From Takakia lepidozioides (taxonomy: Eukaryota > Plantae > Bryophyta): DNA of 64,000 bases. The stretch is from assembly GCA_030704615.1 (NCBI GenBank), contig CM060733.1, positions 64,418,001 to 64,482,000 on the forward strand, read 5' to 3'. Positions 27,321 through 38,500 of this stretch are shown one piece after another. Every line of letters starts with the position of its first letter. Position 1 is the stretch's first letter. The notes under the pieces were generated by a model. That model did no database searches, was not told where the DNA came from, and was given only the letters and a program-made list of their open reading frames with translations. The position numbers and the translations under genes were made by a program.

Positions 27321-27602
27321 ATATCAGATCCTGTGTTTTTCCTGAACCCCCATGACAAGCGGTCAAAGACAGCCGCCGCCAAGGCGGAAGTGGTGGGAAT
27401 AGCCGGGGTTGACAAGTTCCACTGCAAGGACATTCGATCCGGGTGGTACAAGGTGAAAGTCCACGAGATCATGCTTCCAAGTGTTACATTGCCTTGCCCA
27501 AATGTGGACGATGCCCCCCCCCAGACCACACTAGCGCACGTGAAAGGCACGGTGACTCTGTGGCCAGAGAAGAGTATGAGGAAAGGTGAAAGTATCAAGT
27601 GA
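27321..27602 (+). CDS. Terminal exon encoding a Tnp1/En-Spm-like C-terminal domain
   Basis: Follows a TGCAG acceptor. KFHCKDIRSGWYKVKVHEI..VTLPCPN..TTLAHVKGTVTLWP fits the H..YKV.V..LP.P..G..V.WP pattern of CACTA TnpA-like proteins. Confidence 0.6.
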   Translation: MSDPVFFLNPHDKRSKTAAAKAEVVGIAGVDKFHCKDIRSGWYKVKVHEIMLPSVTLPCPNVDDAPPQTTLAHVKGTVTLWPEKSMRKGESIK

Positions 27603-28728
27603 CATTTCATGTTTGTAGTCCCTGTTGGGTGTGTAATGATACTCATAGAAGTGTGTATGATACTCACGTTACCAGTTTTGAACATTTGGGCCATGACAGT
27701 TTAAGTGATGTCCGGCAACCATGTATGTTGGCATTTAGTCTTGCTCATATGCAGGTGTGCCGTAACGGTCTCTAATTTGAATGTAATATCACATTTCCTG
27801 ACTTGTCGTCGTGTCCGTCCCCCTTCTATGTGTATGTGTGATGGTCTTTGGTCTCCCTGTTGCCTCGTCTATTTGGTTCATTAGCGTGATGTTGTGCATG
27901 CATCGTGGTCTGTGTTCTCAGTCTCGCCCAGTATCATTGCTTCTCAATTCCCCCTGCATATGGGTGAACCACTAAAACCAATAGAATGCATCAGACCCAT
28001 ATTTTCAGCTTAGAATGCAGGTCAATTGGAAACTCACACAAACCACTACAAGTGCTCATTTTTCGTGCTTTCCTACTGTAGTGCAACCAACTAGCACAGT
28101 GGCAGCGGAGTTGGCCAAAGCAGTCCCGAGATGGCACAAGCACTCTGCGTCTTTCCACTAGCAGTCGTACCCGTCACTGCCATTGCGTGGGGACGACACC
28201 ACGCGTCGACCCACACACTCTCCACGTGGTCCCCGTGGATTCGTCTGCCGGAAGTTGTGCAGTTGACTTCGCAAGTGGCTGTTGCGACGTCACATGCAGC
28301 ACTCCAAGTGATGTGGCCGACTGCGATGTGGCGTCTTCGGCCCGTGGCCACGCGGCAGCATTGCCGCTTGTCGCGGCGCCGCCACATCGGCATCCACGTC
28401 CGCATCCACGTCCGCGTCCATGTGTCACCGTGCCCCGGGTGAGTCAGTCCACTCATCCGGAGGGAAAAGTCAAAGTCAGCCCAAAAGGTCAGACACACGG
28501 GCGGCCCACCTGGTTACGCCACGTGGTTCTTCAGCATTAATCGCATTAATCGCAGAGCAGTTGTTCGCACGTCTGCGTCCTTTACCACTCCAATCATTGG
28601 ATGTCCAACCCAACTACCACGTCTGTTGTAACTAGTCTGTTGTAACTTCCAGTCGATCCCAGTTTTTTTACTTTTACGACTCAAAATGAGTCGTTACCCC
28701 AATGGTAAATGACACGACTGCTTCTAGT

Positions 28729-29110
28729 GCATCTTGATCTAGAGCCTAACTGGTTTGAGCAAGCAACGTACACTCTTCCTCCACCCATTCCATCAGATCT
28801 ATCCAAGACTCGTTGTCATCTTCCTCTCTCATGACACTCACTCCACAGGTTGTACCACCAATCCTTGGTGAGTTGGCAATGCCATGCCCAAACTCCCCAA
28901 ATCTGTCTTGATCTAGGTGTGCATCTTGATCTAGATCCTGTCTGGTTTGAGCAAGCAACGCACACTCTTCCTCCACCCATTCCATCAGATCTGTCCAAGA
29001 CTCGTTGTCATCTTCCTCTCTCATGACACTCACTCCACAGGTTGTACCACCAATGCTTGATGAGTTGGCATGCTATGCCCAAACTCCCCAAGTATGTCTT
29101 GATCTACATG
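28729..29110. repeat. 192-bp tandem repeat, 2 copies, frame-preserving
   Basis: GCATCTTGATCTAGA at 28729 and 28921. The peptide VMREEDDNESWxDLMEWVEEEC appears twice on the minus strand. Confidence 0.9.
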
Positions 29111-29529
29111 TGCCCTTGTAGAAGACCTTGGGATCTGCACAGGAACTTGCAATCTAGGTGCACATTTTTCATCAATTGACACGTGATTGACTCTCCGTTG
29201 AACAAAAGATGTCTTCCAAGATCTCTTCTTCCATATCACAAAACACATTCACAAAGTTTGTGCCAAGAGAGCTTACACTTTCGAACTCCATCTTTTTGCT
29301 GCTCCCCGACTTCCATTGTCCCAACATTTCGCAGCATGAATGTTGCATTCCACATGTTTCCACTTGCAGCCCCAGCCGGTGATTCTTTTCACTTCGGATC
29401 TAGTTCTAACTTGATGGACATGTAGTGCGACACTCCACTTGTTGACTTGTGTTGTTCAAATTGAGACCTCGAGGAAGCATTGCAGGGACTTCGCTGGTTT
29501 GTGGCTTCATCCTCTGGCAACCACCTGAC

Positions 29530-30470
29530 TCAGGGATTTGTTTGTTATACCTGTTTGGAGGCATGAGCACTGGGCTTGCATAGGAGTGTTGTAAGCTAGG
29601 ATTAAAGTACGAAAGTACTTGTATGTGGAGAAGGATGAGATAGCTTGGCATATTTCTATGCGCCACGTTGCCTTGCTCACACACCAGTATCCTGAGTTGC
29701 TGCCTCTCTCAGCAATTCAAGGGTATCAAAAGGCCTTGCCAACAGACATGACCTTGTTGGGGGCGGATGATTTGGACCGGCATGGTGCCATTGACTTGGT
29801 GATAGCCGGATGGCCTTGCCAAGGACATTCTCCCGCAGGTCATGGGAATGGCTTGCATGATGCTTGAGGTCACATCTATTCTGGGAGATGTCGCGGGTGT
29901 TGCGTGACTTGCAGACGAGGCAAGTGCAACCTCTAGCCTACAGCTTGGAGAATGTTCCTCTTATGGGGGATTCTCGGGCTAGGGTTATGGCCAGTGTGCA
30001 TCAGGTGCGGTCTGGATTAGATCGGCGGTGCTATTGGATGCAGCTGCAGTGGGGTCATAGGCACATAGGCCTAGGTTGTGGTGGACCAATCTTGCACCAC
30101 CAGAGTTGCTCAAGAGAGCCTATGAAACGGCCACCGAACCTCACGGTTGAGGACATTTTGGACCAGAGGAGGCAATCACAGAAAGTGCGTCATGATGATC
30201 GTCCACCTTTGGCAGTGGTCAATCGAGTGGGGCACCCACGTGCGGCCTTGCCTACACTCATGAGCTTTCCCTCGTCTCATACTTTTTGAGACAATGGTCC
30301 AGGGTTGATTTTGGGATAGTGCGCTATAGCAATTAGTGGAGCCTAGTGCGGATGAGCGAGAGCGGGCAAAGGGGTTTGTCACGGGCAGTACAGCTCTATC
30401 AGCTCTGTCAGAGGCATCACGCCGACAGGTGTTGGGTCAAGCAATGGATCTAAATTGCTTGACTTAGGTC
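29530..30470 (+). pseudogene. C5-cytosine DNA methyltransferase domain (retrotransposon-borne)
   Basis: Motifs in canonical order: I LFGGMSTG (~29551), II YVEKD, IV IAGWPCQG (~29802), VI LENV (29945), VIII AHRPRLWWTN (30061), IX EPSADERERAKGF, X RRQVLGQAMD (30420). Contains stops and frameshifts. Confidence 0.88.
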
Positions 30471-30834
30471 ATTAGCCTGTGCATGGCTGAGCAATGGAGG
30501 TTGCGGGCAGTGATGGCTACTTCTGCACTCCCATTGGATAGTGCATCCTCCTGCCAACCGGCCGGATGGTTGAGGCAGTGAGTGGGGGGAGAGCACAGGA
30601 TCATGGGGTGCAAACACCCAACTTTTACCCCAGAGGATGTTCTCAAGGTGGCTATGGCGGAGCAAGTAGAGGCTACGCCACAGCCAGGGTGGGCGGACAA
30701 GGCCCAAGAGGTTGTTATCTAGCAACCACATGATGCGTCTCCTACCTCCAAGCCTGGTGTACCCAAGGTTGCAGTCACTGATGGTAATTGGGAACCAGAT
30801 GTTGGACCTACAGTCACCGGAGGAGAGAGAAGGT

Positions 30835-31352
30835 TTTGCCTTCGGTTTGAAGGATTTGGGTAGTCTAAAGGGCCAGGAAATTTGTATTGATTTCGCAAGT
30901 GAAACGCCAATTTTTCGAAGGCCCTACATGTATAGTGACATGGAGAGGTCTTTGATCCAGTCACGGACTATGGAGTTGTTCGAAGCTGGATTGGTGGAGT
31001 TGTCAGGCGGGGAATATGCCTCGACAATGGCGATGCCAGCTAAGAAGGATATCTATGGAAATTGGACAGAGTGGGGGCCAATCCAAAAGGCTGATAAGCA
31101 AAAGACGGCAGTCTGGGGGATTGACCAGCATGGTAAGGATTGTTTGTAATAATGGCGCTTCCTACCATTTGGGTTGAAGAATGCTCCTGCAAAGTTTCAG
31201 AGGGTCATGGATAGGATTCTTGCAGGGCTAGACTTTTCCCGGTGCTACATTGATGATATCATCATCTTTAGTGCCACAGTTGAGGAGCATGAGAGACACC
31301 TTCAGGTGGTGTTCGAACGCTTGAGGGCGCATGGATTGAAACTGCACTCTGG
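30835..31352 (+). pseudogene. Ty3/Gypsy reverse transcriptase fragment downstream of the C5-MTase
   Basis: PIFRRPY, AGLVE, DKQKTA, LPFGLKNAPAKFQRVMD, YIDDIIIFS, LKLH. Has an internal deletion. Confidence 0.9.
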
Positions 31353-31550
31353 CACTACAGCAAATGGGGGGGTTTGCGACGCCAGCCGCGCCCCCACGCC
31401 CCGCGCGGCGCCAAACGTGCAACGCCAACCCCGCGGAGCTTGTTGCAACCTCTGGCCGTCGCAGCCAAACCCCGCGGGTCGCCACCTGGCGCCAGGCTCT
31501 CCCTTTCCTCTCTGCTTTTGTTTACTGTTCAAAAGTAGTCTTCCTACCCT
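31353..31550 (+). mobile_element. CACTA terminus with GC-rich subterminal repeats
   Basis: CACTACAGCAAAT starts exactly where RT homology ends (LKLHSG|). GCGACGCC/GCGGCGCC/GCAACGCC repeats follow. Confidence 0.6.
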
Positions 31551-31554
31551 GAGT

Positions 31555-31878
31555 TTAAATTTCGGTCTGGTGCCAAGAGTGGGATAGATCCTTGAGTGCA
31601 TCCATGATGTCCTCCCCCACGTCACAGACTGGAAACAGGTTCAGAGAAGTTTTCTTCCTAACTTCATTTTCATCGGACAATTTTCTGGTAACAGACAGGG
31701 CTTTGGACACTACACTCTCTAAGTCAGGTTTATCTAGCAAGGTTAAGACTTGCGGGTCCAGATTCAGATCCTTGAGAGTCTCTTCTACTCTCTTCTCCCA
31801 GGGCTTACCCTGTTTGACAGGGCGGTCCTGTTTCCAAGATATAGAGTCGATTAACTTAGGATATCTGGTGTTGGACAT
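31555..31878 (-). pseudogene. Possible LINE ORF2 post-RT fragment
   Basis: M..RYPK...W..RV...LK.L...V.KK.SL pattern resembles the LINE segment at 24.3-24.5 kb. Weak. Confidence 0.3.
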
Positions 31879-32227
31879 ATGTTGCAGCTGAACCCACCAT
31901 CTGACGTTGATTTATCTCGTCGGGAGCTTAAAACATACCATGAGAGAGTTCTTCACAGGTCCATCCAAGAATTGAAGTCTCTCTTGTGGATTGGGGACAC
32001 CTCCCCATTGCTTTGTCTAGTCCGAAAAGACTCTGGGCTGGCGATATTGACAGCGGTGCTTGAATTGGAGCCAAAACCTCCGTATGAAGTTCTGGTGAAG
32101 GCCTTTGAATTTTCAGAGTTGTGGGAGGAGCTCTGCCCACGGCCAGAACGCCCGTCTCTTCGGTAGAGGCCTCTGTCACGCACAGGGGTACCTCTTCCCC
32201 GATTGTTACCAGCCCTGCCTTGCTGCA

Positions 32228-32290
32228 AGGGGCTGCTATTTCATGAGCCATGAGCCATGAGCCATGAGCGGCATGAGCCATGAGCAGAGT
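32228..32290 (+). repeat. Left TIR with (CATGAGC)n subterminal repeats
   Basis: At least 6 ATGAGC units, inverted relative to 47400-47480. Confidence 0.9.
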
Positions 32291-32697
32291 CGTAAGTGTG
32301 GAAAAAAACATGAGCAGCACTATTTTCCGGAAATGAGTGTCCGCGGGAATAGGGTTTAGGGTGCCACGGTCATAGGGGGAGAAGGACCTCCCGATGAAGG
32401 AGGTTCGGCAATGTTATTTAGAATTATATATTGAAAGGCAATGTTTCGCGAATGGCAGGGTGGTACTGCTCTGTACAATGGGGGCCCATTTCAGCCTACC
32501 AGCCACTTGCAAAATCCACCCACACTCCCAATCCCAAACGAAATGAGCAATGACGCATTCTGGGAACGATGGACACAGAATAGAATAAAAAGAGGGCACA
32601 ATGAGGTTTTTATTGATCCACATGAATTGCATTTGAAGCACGTCTACTGTGCTGATTGTGCAATCAAATCTTTAGCCCTGTGCCTACTGAATACAAG

Positions 32698-33474
32698 TCA
32701 CGTTGTCAATGGGACTTCGACTGCTCTCAGAACTAGCTCATGAGTCATGGGGCTCCTCCATGTAAAGTCGATTGCAGCCGTTGTACCGCCCCTAGTGATG
32801 TTCACCACAATGTCTTGCCCTTCAATCATACCACCATCGAATATGGAAATCTTCACGTTTTCGTCGTCCACACCAATGCGAATGTCCCCATACAATTGAA
32901 AAGAGGAGCGCACTCCTTCAGGAGAATAGGTCTCTCCGATGGAGTCCACCCACGTCCAGTGGCAGCAGTTCCACCGCAACAGCATAGCAGTGCGCCTTCT
33001 TCTGCATGGGTGACCGTCGTAGCTGGGAAAATCGGAATCGAGGATGCGCAGGAGCCACGGTCTCCTCAGACCAAGATCGTCACCCCGCTCGAAGGCGTAG
33101 TGGCCTAGGATATACTCAAAAGCCACCAATGTTTCCACAATCGAACCAGTATCTTCTTTGTAATCTGTGTACCAGATAACAATGTCTCCCGATGTGGCCG
33201 AATACATTGCATAATCGATGCCTCCAAATGGGCAGTCGTCCCGGTTCCGGAAGCACGGCATCCTTGCAAAGGAGGACCTGAGGACGACTTGGATGCAGAT
33301 GACAATGACCTTGCGGACAGCTACGAAGCCCTTAGATTTTGGAAATGATGCGAAGCGGAAGAGCAGTCCGGCCTCCAGTAATGGAGCATCTGGGTCCCAC
33401 GTACCCACCGACGGAGGTGGAACGTGTTCATCACGCCGGCGGTGGATGAACCCATACATCTTTCTCATCAACAA
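32698..33474 (-). CDS. Unknown cargo protein (258 aa), paralog 1
   Basis: Long ORF. Clear peptide similarity to the oppositely oriented ORF at 33850-34395. Confidence 0.7.
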   Translation of the reverse strand: MLMRKMYGFIHRRRDEHVPPPSVGTWDPDAPLLEAGLLFRFASFPKSKGFVAVRKVIVICIQVVLRSSFARMPCFRNRDDCPFGGIDYAMYSATSGDIVIWYTDYKEDTGSIVETLVAFEYILGHYAFERGDDLGLRRPWLLRILDSDFPSYDGHPCRRRRTAMLLRWNCCHWTWVDSIGETYSPEGVRSSFQLYGDIRIGVDDENVKISIFDGGMIEGQDIVVNITRGGTTAAIDFTWRSPMTHELVLRAVEVPLTT

Positions 33475-33849
33475 GTTATAGTTTGAGATCTGCCACCGAA
33501 GTCCATCCCCCGGATGGAAATTCGGCGCCGCATTTACATCAAAGAGGGGATGGACTTCGTCGTGTCCAGTGGCTATCGGCCCACCTGGCAGTGAGTGCCC
33601 ATAGTTTGCATGGCAGGGTAGGAAACTGAAACGGCTACATTCATGAAGCAGCCAATCTTCATCGGTCCAGGATCCTGTAGGGGGGAAATTTAAATGTGCC
33701 CTGGAGTGTTTCTGAGGAATTGCAGCGTTAGCTTGAACTTTTTCCAGCCACCGCGCTGCTCCTCCTCCATCCGGGAGCTGCTGTCATTGAGCGTACTCCG
33801 CTACTCTATTTGAAGGATGTCGTGCCGCTGAAATCCAGCCGACTGCCCT

Positions 33850-34395
33850 TATCATGGCCACGATTATGCTATGTTCAAACCAGAATCAGGAGACATCATT
33901 GTCTGGCTCTCTGTTTTCACAGACGCTGCTGGAATCAAGTAAGAGTCTTTGCGCGCAATGGAGTATCTGGAGGGCTATTACCGCTTTGAGCGAGGTGAGG
34001 GCGAGGGTCAATGCGGTCCGTGGGTCCTGAAAATTGTTGACCTCGATATACCAAGCTGGAAAGGGATGTCGGACAGATCACGCACGGCCTCGCTTTGGCG
34101 CTGGAACTGCTGCCAGTGGACCAGGGAGGACGGCACCGGGGAAAACTATATACGTGCAGATCACTCCGCTCTTCCAGTGTATGGAGACATTCGGCTGAGT
34201 TGCGAAGACGAATCGCACGGGCACATGAGGCCCACAGTGACCTTGTCAATGTATGATGGTGGTATCATTGATGGACATGACATTGTCGTCGGCTCCAGCA
34301 AGGGCAGCAAAACGACCGAATTGCAGTTTACCTCGAGGTGCCGCAGCAGTGATGAGCTTGTTTTGAGGGGTATCGAAGTTCCGTCGACTTGGTGA
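33850..34395 (+). pseudogene. Unknown cargo protein, paralog 2 (in-frame stop near 33940)
   Basis: Shares SGDI..W, EY..G.Y.FERG, PW.L.I.D.D.PS, RWNCC.WT, YGDIR, DGG.I.G.DIVV and ELVLR..EVP with paralog 1. Confidence 0.65.
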
Positions 34396-34649
34396 AGCCC
34401 ATGTAGAAGGAGGAAGGGCTTAGTTTTGTCTGCAGTTGGTAAATGTGAGATATCGTGTCCGATCAATAAACCCATCGTACCTCACTTCTGTATGATTGTG
34501 TTTCATTCTGTTGAATAACTGTCGGAATTGGCCCACTGTTTACAATTTGATGTCTCATTTCTACAATGTGTCTGTCCGGATAAATATAGCAGAGTAACCG
34601 GTATGAGAGTCATGTGTCAAGAATATACCAGAGTAACGCCATGTCGGAC

Positions 34650-35452
34650 ATCGAAATGCGGCACCGCATTTCCATGTCGGCCATCGAAATGCGGCACCGC
34701 ATTTCCATGTCGGCCATCGAAATGCGGTGCCGAATTTCCATGCCGACATGGAAATGTATGAACCGCATTTCAGTGTCGGACAATGAAATGCGGTGCATCA
34801 TTTCCGTCCAGGTACACGAAATACCAACACGGGTATATAAATTGGACAGACAACGAGGTTGGCATTGCAAATGCGGCGACGCATTTCCAGCTTGGCAATG
34901 GAAACTTCTTTTTGGACAAGGGAATGCGGTGCCGCATTTCCGTCCAACACTTCGAAAAGTGTGACATTTCCGACCAGCGCGATGGAATGCGTTACCGCAT
35001 TTCCGTGAGAGGGTCTGCAAATGGACAAATTGCGATGTCCGTTCTGGAAATGCGGCGCCGCATTTCCATGTCCGTCATCGACTTTTTTTTGACAATGGAA
35101 TGCGGTGCCAATTTTTGCTGATGGGCCTGCAGTTCGAACAACGACCATCCCCAATATGGAAATGCGGCACCGCATTTCCAATTCCGCCATCTCGACCTCC
35201 TTGTTCGACCTCCTTGTTCGACCTCTGTAAGCATGGTGGCATCCAGGCAATGAGCGGGAGAGGCCAAAACTGGCGTGTGGACAAAGGAAATTTTGGAAAT
35301 GCGGCACCGCATTTCCAATCGGCCGATTACTTTTTACTATGTCAACATTGAAATGGAAAATTTAGTCCCTCCCCTGTTTTGGAAATGCGGTGCCGCATTT
35401 CCAAAAGAGGTTCTTAGAGTTGCCAAAATTTTGGAAATGCGGTGCCCCATTT
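34650..35452. repeat. Second cluster (~14 copies) of the GGAAATGCGG-YR-CCGCATTTCC palindrome, 3' of the ParB-MTase gene
   Basis: First units spaced ~33 bp, then irregular. Partly present in copy A at 5350-5840. Confidence 0.9.
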
Positions 35453-35590
35453 CTGATTTTGGGAGCGTCGTGGTTTGGGCGATTGTGTGGCTGGAATGCA
35501 CACTGGAGAGGGGTCACAAATGTCGGGGAGAATTTCCTTTATATACTCTGGAAGATAATTTACATTTACAGAGACTTCATTAAAATTCTA

Positions 35591-38500
35591 TTAATCTTGA
35601 AAATCATCCGAATCCTCATCCTGTTCTAGACTGTCCTGCTCCGCCTCCACCCCCTCAGTGCCTTTCTCATCTCCAGCGGACTGCTCGTTGGCCAGGCTTT
35701 CGAAAATCCCATCTTCCCCTTGCGGAACTGTCCATCTCACCTCCGTTGGGTCGTCTTCCTCCCTGTCTGCGACGCTCTCATCCGCTGAATCACATATGTA
35801 CTTTCGTACCCGTCTACCTGTCTGAGCTGCTGCCAACTCTTTCCTTATCCTTCTGTCCTCCCTAGCCCTCTCCAAAATCTGCTCTACTTTACTGGGATTC
35901 TCACTTCTTCGCTGTATTTGCGAGTTTAGCTGCATAACTAGGAAGGGAGTAGTCCCTCACCGGGCTCGTCATGAAGTCGGCCCTCGCAAAGAACGGGACA
36001 TTCTTCCTGGCAGGAAGTGTAGGCCCTACATGTTTCGACCCGGACCCTGCAATCCTGCACATGACAATCATCAACGAGACTAATGAGAACCACAGTCGGG
36101 AAATTCGTTTGACAAAATTGACCCAGAAGGCTTTGCAAACTTACAATGTTTGCACTCACTCGTATTCCGGGTTCTCCTCCGCATCAATGTCCACTGTGTC
36201 TTCCTCGGACTCCGACGAATCCGAGGAGACTTCCGCTCTGTTGGGAGCCTTAACATTCCGTTGCAGCCCTTCCAGATGGGATTCCCACACGGATGAATCC
36301 TCCTCGTAGGCAAAGAGGTGCCGATCGGAAAACCGCCCAGCCCACATTGAGGCACCTGTTACAATGCCATCCACACATTACCACATGGCGCTTCAGATGT
36401 TGCGAACTACATCCTAACGAGAATTTGCAGAACAACATAGATCAAGATTCTGCATACATGTCCCACAGATGAGGTCGAGCACTGTGCCCTCCACGTCTGT
36501 GCATGTCTCCATAATTGTCTGAATGAAGGCAGGGCTCCGAGTCCGTGAGTACCGCAGGGGTTCCGTTGAAGTGAGGCTATGAGGGAGAAGTTCCTTGGGA
36601 ACGTTGTTGAACAGAACGTCGTAATCGAGGGGGTCGCAGTTCGGGTCAACCTTTCTCCCTCCTTCCGGAAAGCAAAGGTGGAGTTCTCCTTCACAAAGCA
36701 GTATGCATCGAACTGCTTCGTCTGCATACACAGGGGGGAACGATTAGAAACCGAATGCGGCACCGCATTTGAAAACACCCAAGCAAATGAATGGACGAGT
36801 GCCAGTGTCGTAATCACCTTCTTCCCTTCCGACCGAAGGCCCAGTGTGTTGATGCACGTCCACTTCTTTTTCAGAATCGGGACGGCGCTCTTGCGGGTCC
36901 ACTTCGCAATTCCTGTCTGAGTGTTTTTTCCTCTGCTCGCCAGGACAACCACACAGCCTCTGTCGTCCAACACCATGCGGGCAAGCCCGAATCCTTTCTT
37001 CCAAAAGTCCTCCGAGTACCTGTTCCAAGATGGCAAAGCTTGCAGTCCTTCCACAGGCTCTCCGTCCGGAATATCCAAGATGATCATATCGCAAGACCAC
37101 TCGGTGGCATTTCCGCCCCTCCTACAATCCTTGTCTGCACACACCCTCTCAAAGAACGAGACCATATTCTGAAATCCTGGGGTGTCGGAAGGCTCTTCGG
37201 CAGTCGCCTTCTTCAGTGCTCTGCCCTTCAGACCCTCCATGGTCTTCATGTATGCCAACTTGGCTGCCCGTCCATCCAAAGCCGCCAAGAAACTCTCATT
37301 TACACACTGGACTACTGTTTCGGGAGCCACTTTCGGCCTCTTCATTTCCACCGGCTCGAAAGGGTGCCCCCCTGGGGGGTTGAAGAGTGCCTTCTTTGCC
37401 GAGCCAGTTCTCGTGCCTCTCGTGACAACGGTGGGCACAGGGGAGGCAGCCTGCGTTTGGGGGGTGGGCTGGTTGCAAAGTCTCCATCGGAGTCCTCTTC
37501 CTCACCCTCTTCCTGAACAGGCTGTTTCTGCTTCTTCGTTTTGGCGGGTGTCACAACAGCTGCTCCTTGCTGGCGAGTCCTCTTCTTCGACCCCTTCTGT
37601 TGGGCCTGCACAGCTGCATCCACCGTCTTTTGTGCCATCTCAGCTGCCTTTCTGGATTCTTCCAGAGCAGCAGATTCCTTTGCCGACTTTGGCCCAGCAG
37701 GGACACGTCTTTCCTTTCTCTTCTCTTCTGCCAAGGCGTGCAGATCTTTCTCAGACTCGTCAACAATACCGCCAGACATGTCCAGGTACCACGGGCATCC
37801 AACGAGATGCGCGGGATGCCATTGTTTCTGCATCTCGGGTGTGTAGACACAGCTTGGGCCCGCCACGGTCCAAGCCATGAAGAACGGGGGCTCTTGAGCC
37901 AGGGCCCCTGTCTGAAGGAGCACGTATTTCATATACCTGCAAGGCAGTCAGCATGCGTGAGCAAAAGATTGGACGAACCTACTCGCAGAGTGCCACCGAA
38001 AACATAAAATGCGAATGCGGTGCCGCATTTCCGAGACAAACCTCGTAACCAGGCTTCGCATACAAGGGCAGCTGTGCTTCACCTGTAAACAATTCGCATT
38101 GCAGCTTTCCCCGCTCCCTCCTGATGTGTAAACTCCACGCTCCTTCTTGCTGTCTGTAGCTCTCTGGCGAAAAGGTTGTCCTTGTACGCACATCTGAAAC
38201 GTGTCACGTAGTCTTCCAATGTCTGTGTTCCATCCCATTTGACGTACAAGCCGAACGAATTTGTGTGCATTACGACTTGCTCCTTCGCATTCGACATTAC
38301 CTGCGATTCCCAAATGCATTGTCACGTAGCAGTTCAGGGAATTCATTTCAGAAAAGCAAATCTGGGGAAGTACCTTGAATTACCTGGAACCACCAAGTCA
38401 TGCGGTTGAGCCACACATCCACTGCAGGGTCGGAAACTTCGAGTGGAAAAGACCACATTGTCCTTATGCTCTCGGATGCATTCCAGATCGACAGCCACCG

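Larger units (their letters stand above)
21300..28729. mobile_element. Partial CACTA element (divergent Tnp2 and Tnp1-like genes; candidate TAGTG end at 28725-28729)
   Basis: Two CACTA-type coding regions. GC-rich CACGTG/CCACG repeats at 28100-28620 precede TAGTG. The other end and the TSD are not visible. Confidence 0.5.

Noticed and set aside
28044-28083. CACTACA...TGTAGTG 40-bp mini CACTA element
   Set aside because: The 3-bp flanks (AAC/CAA) do not match and there are no subterminal repeats.
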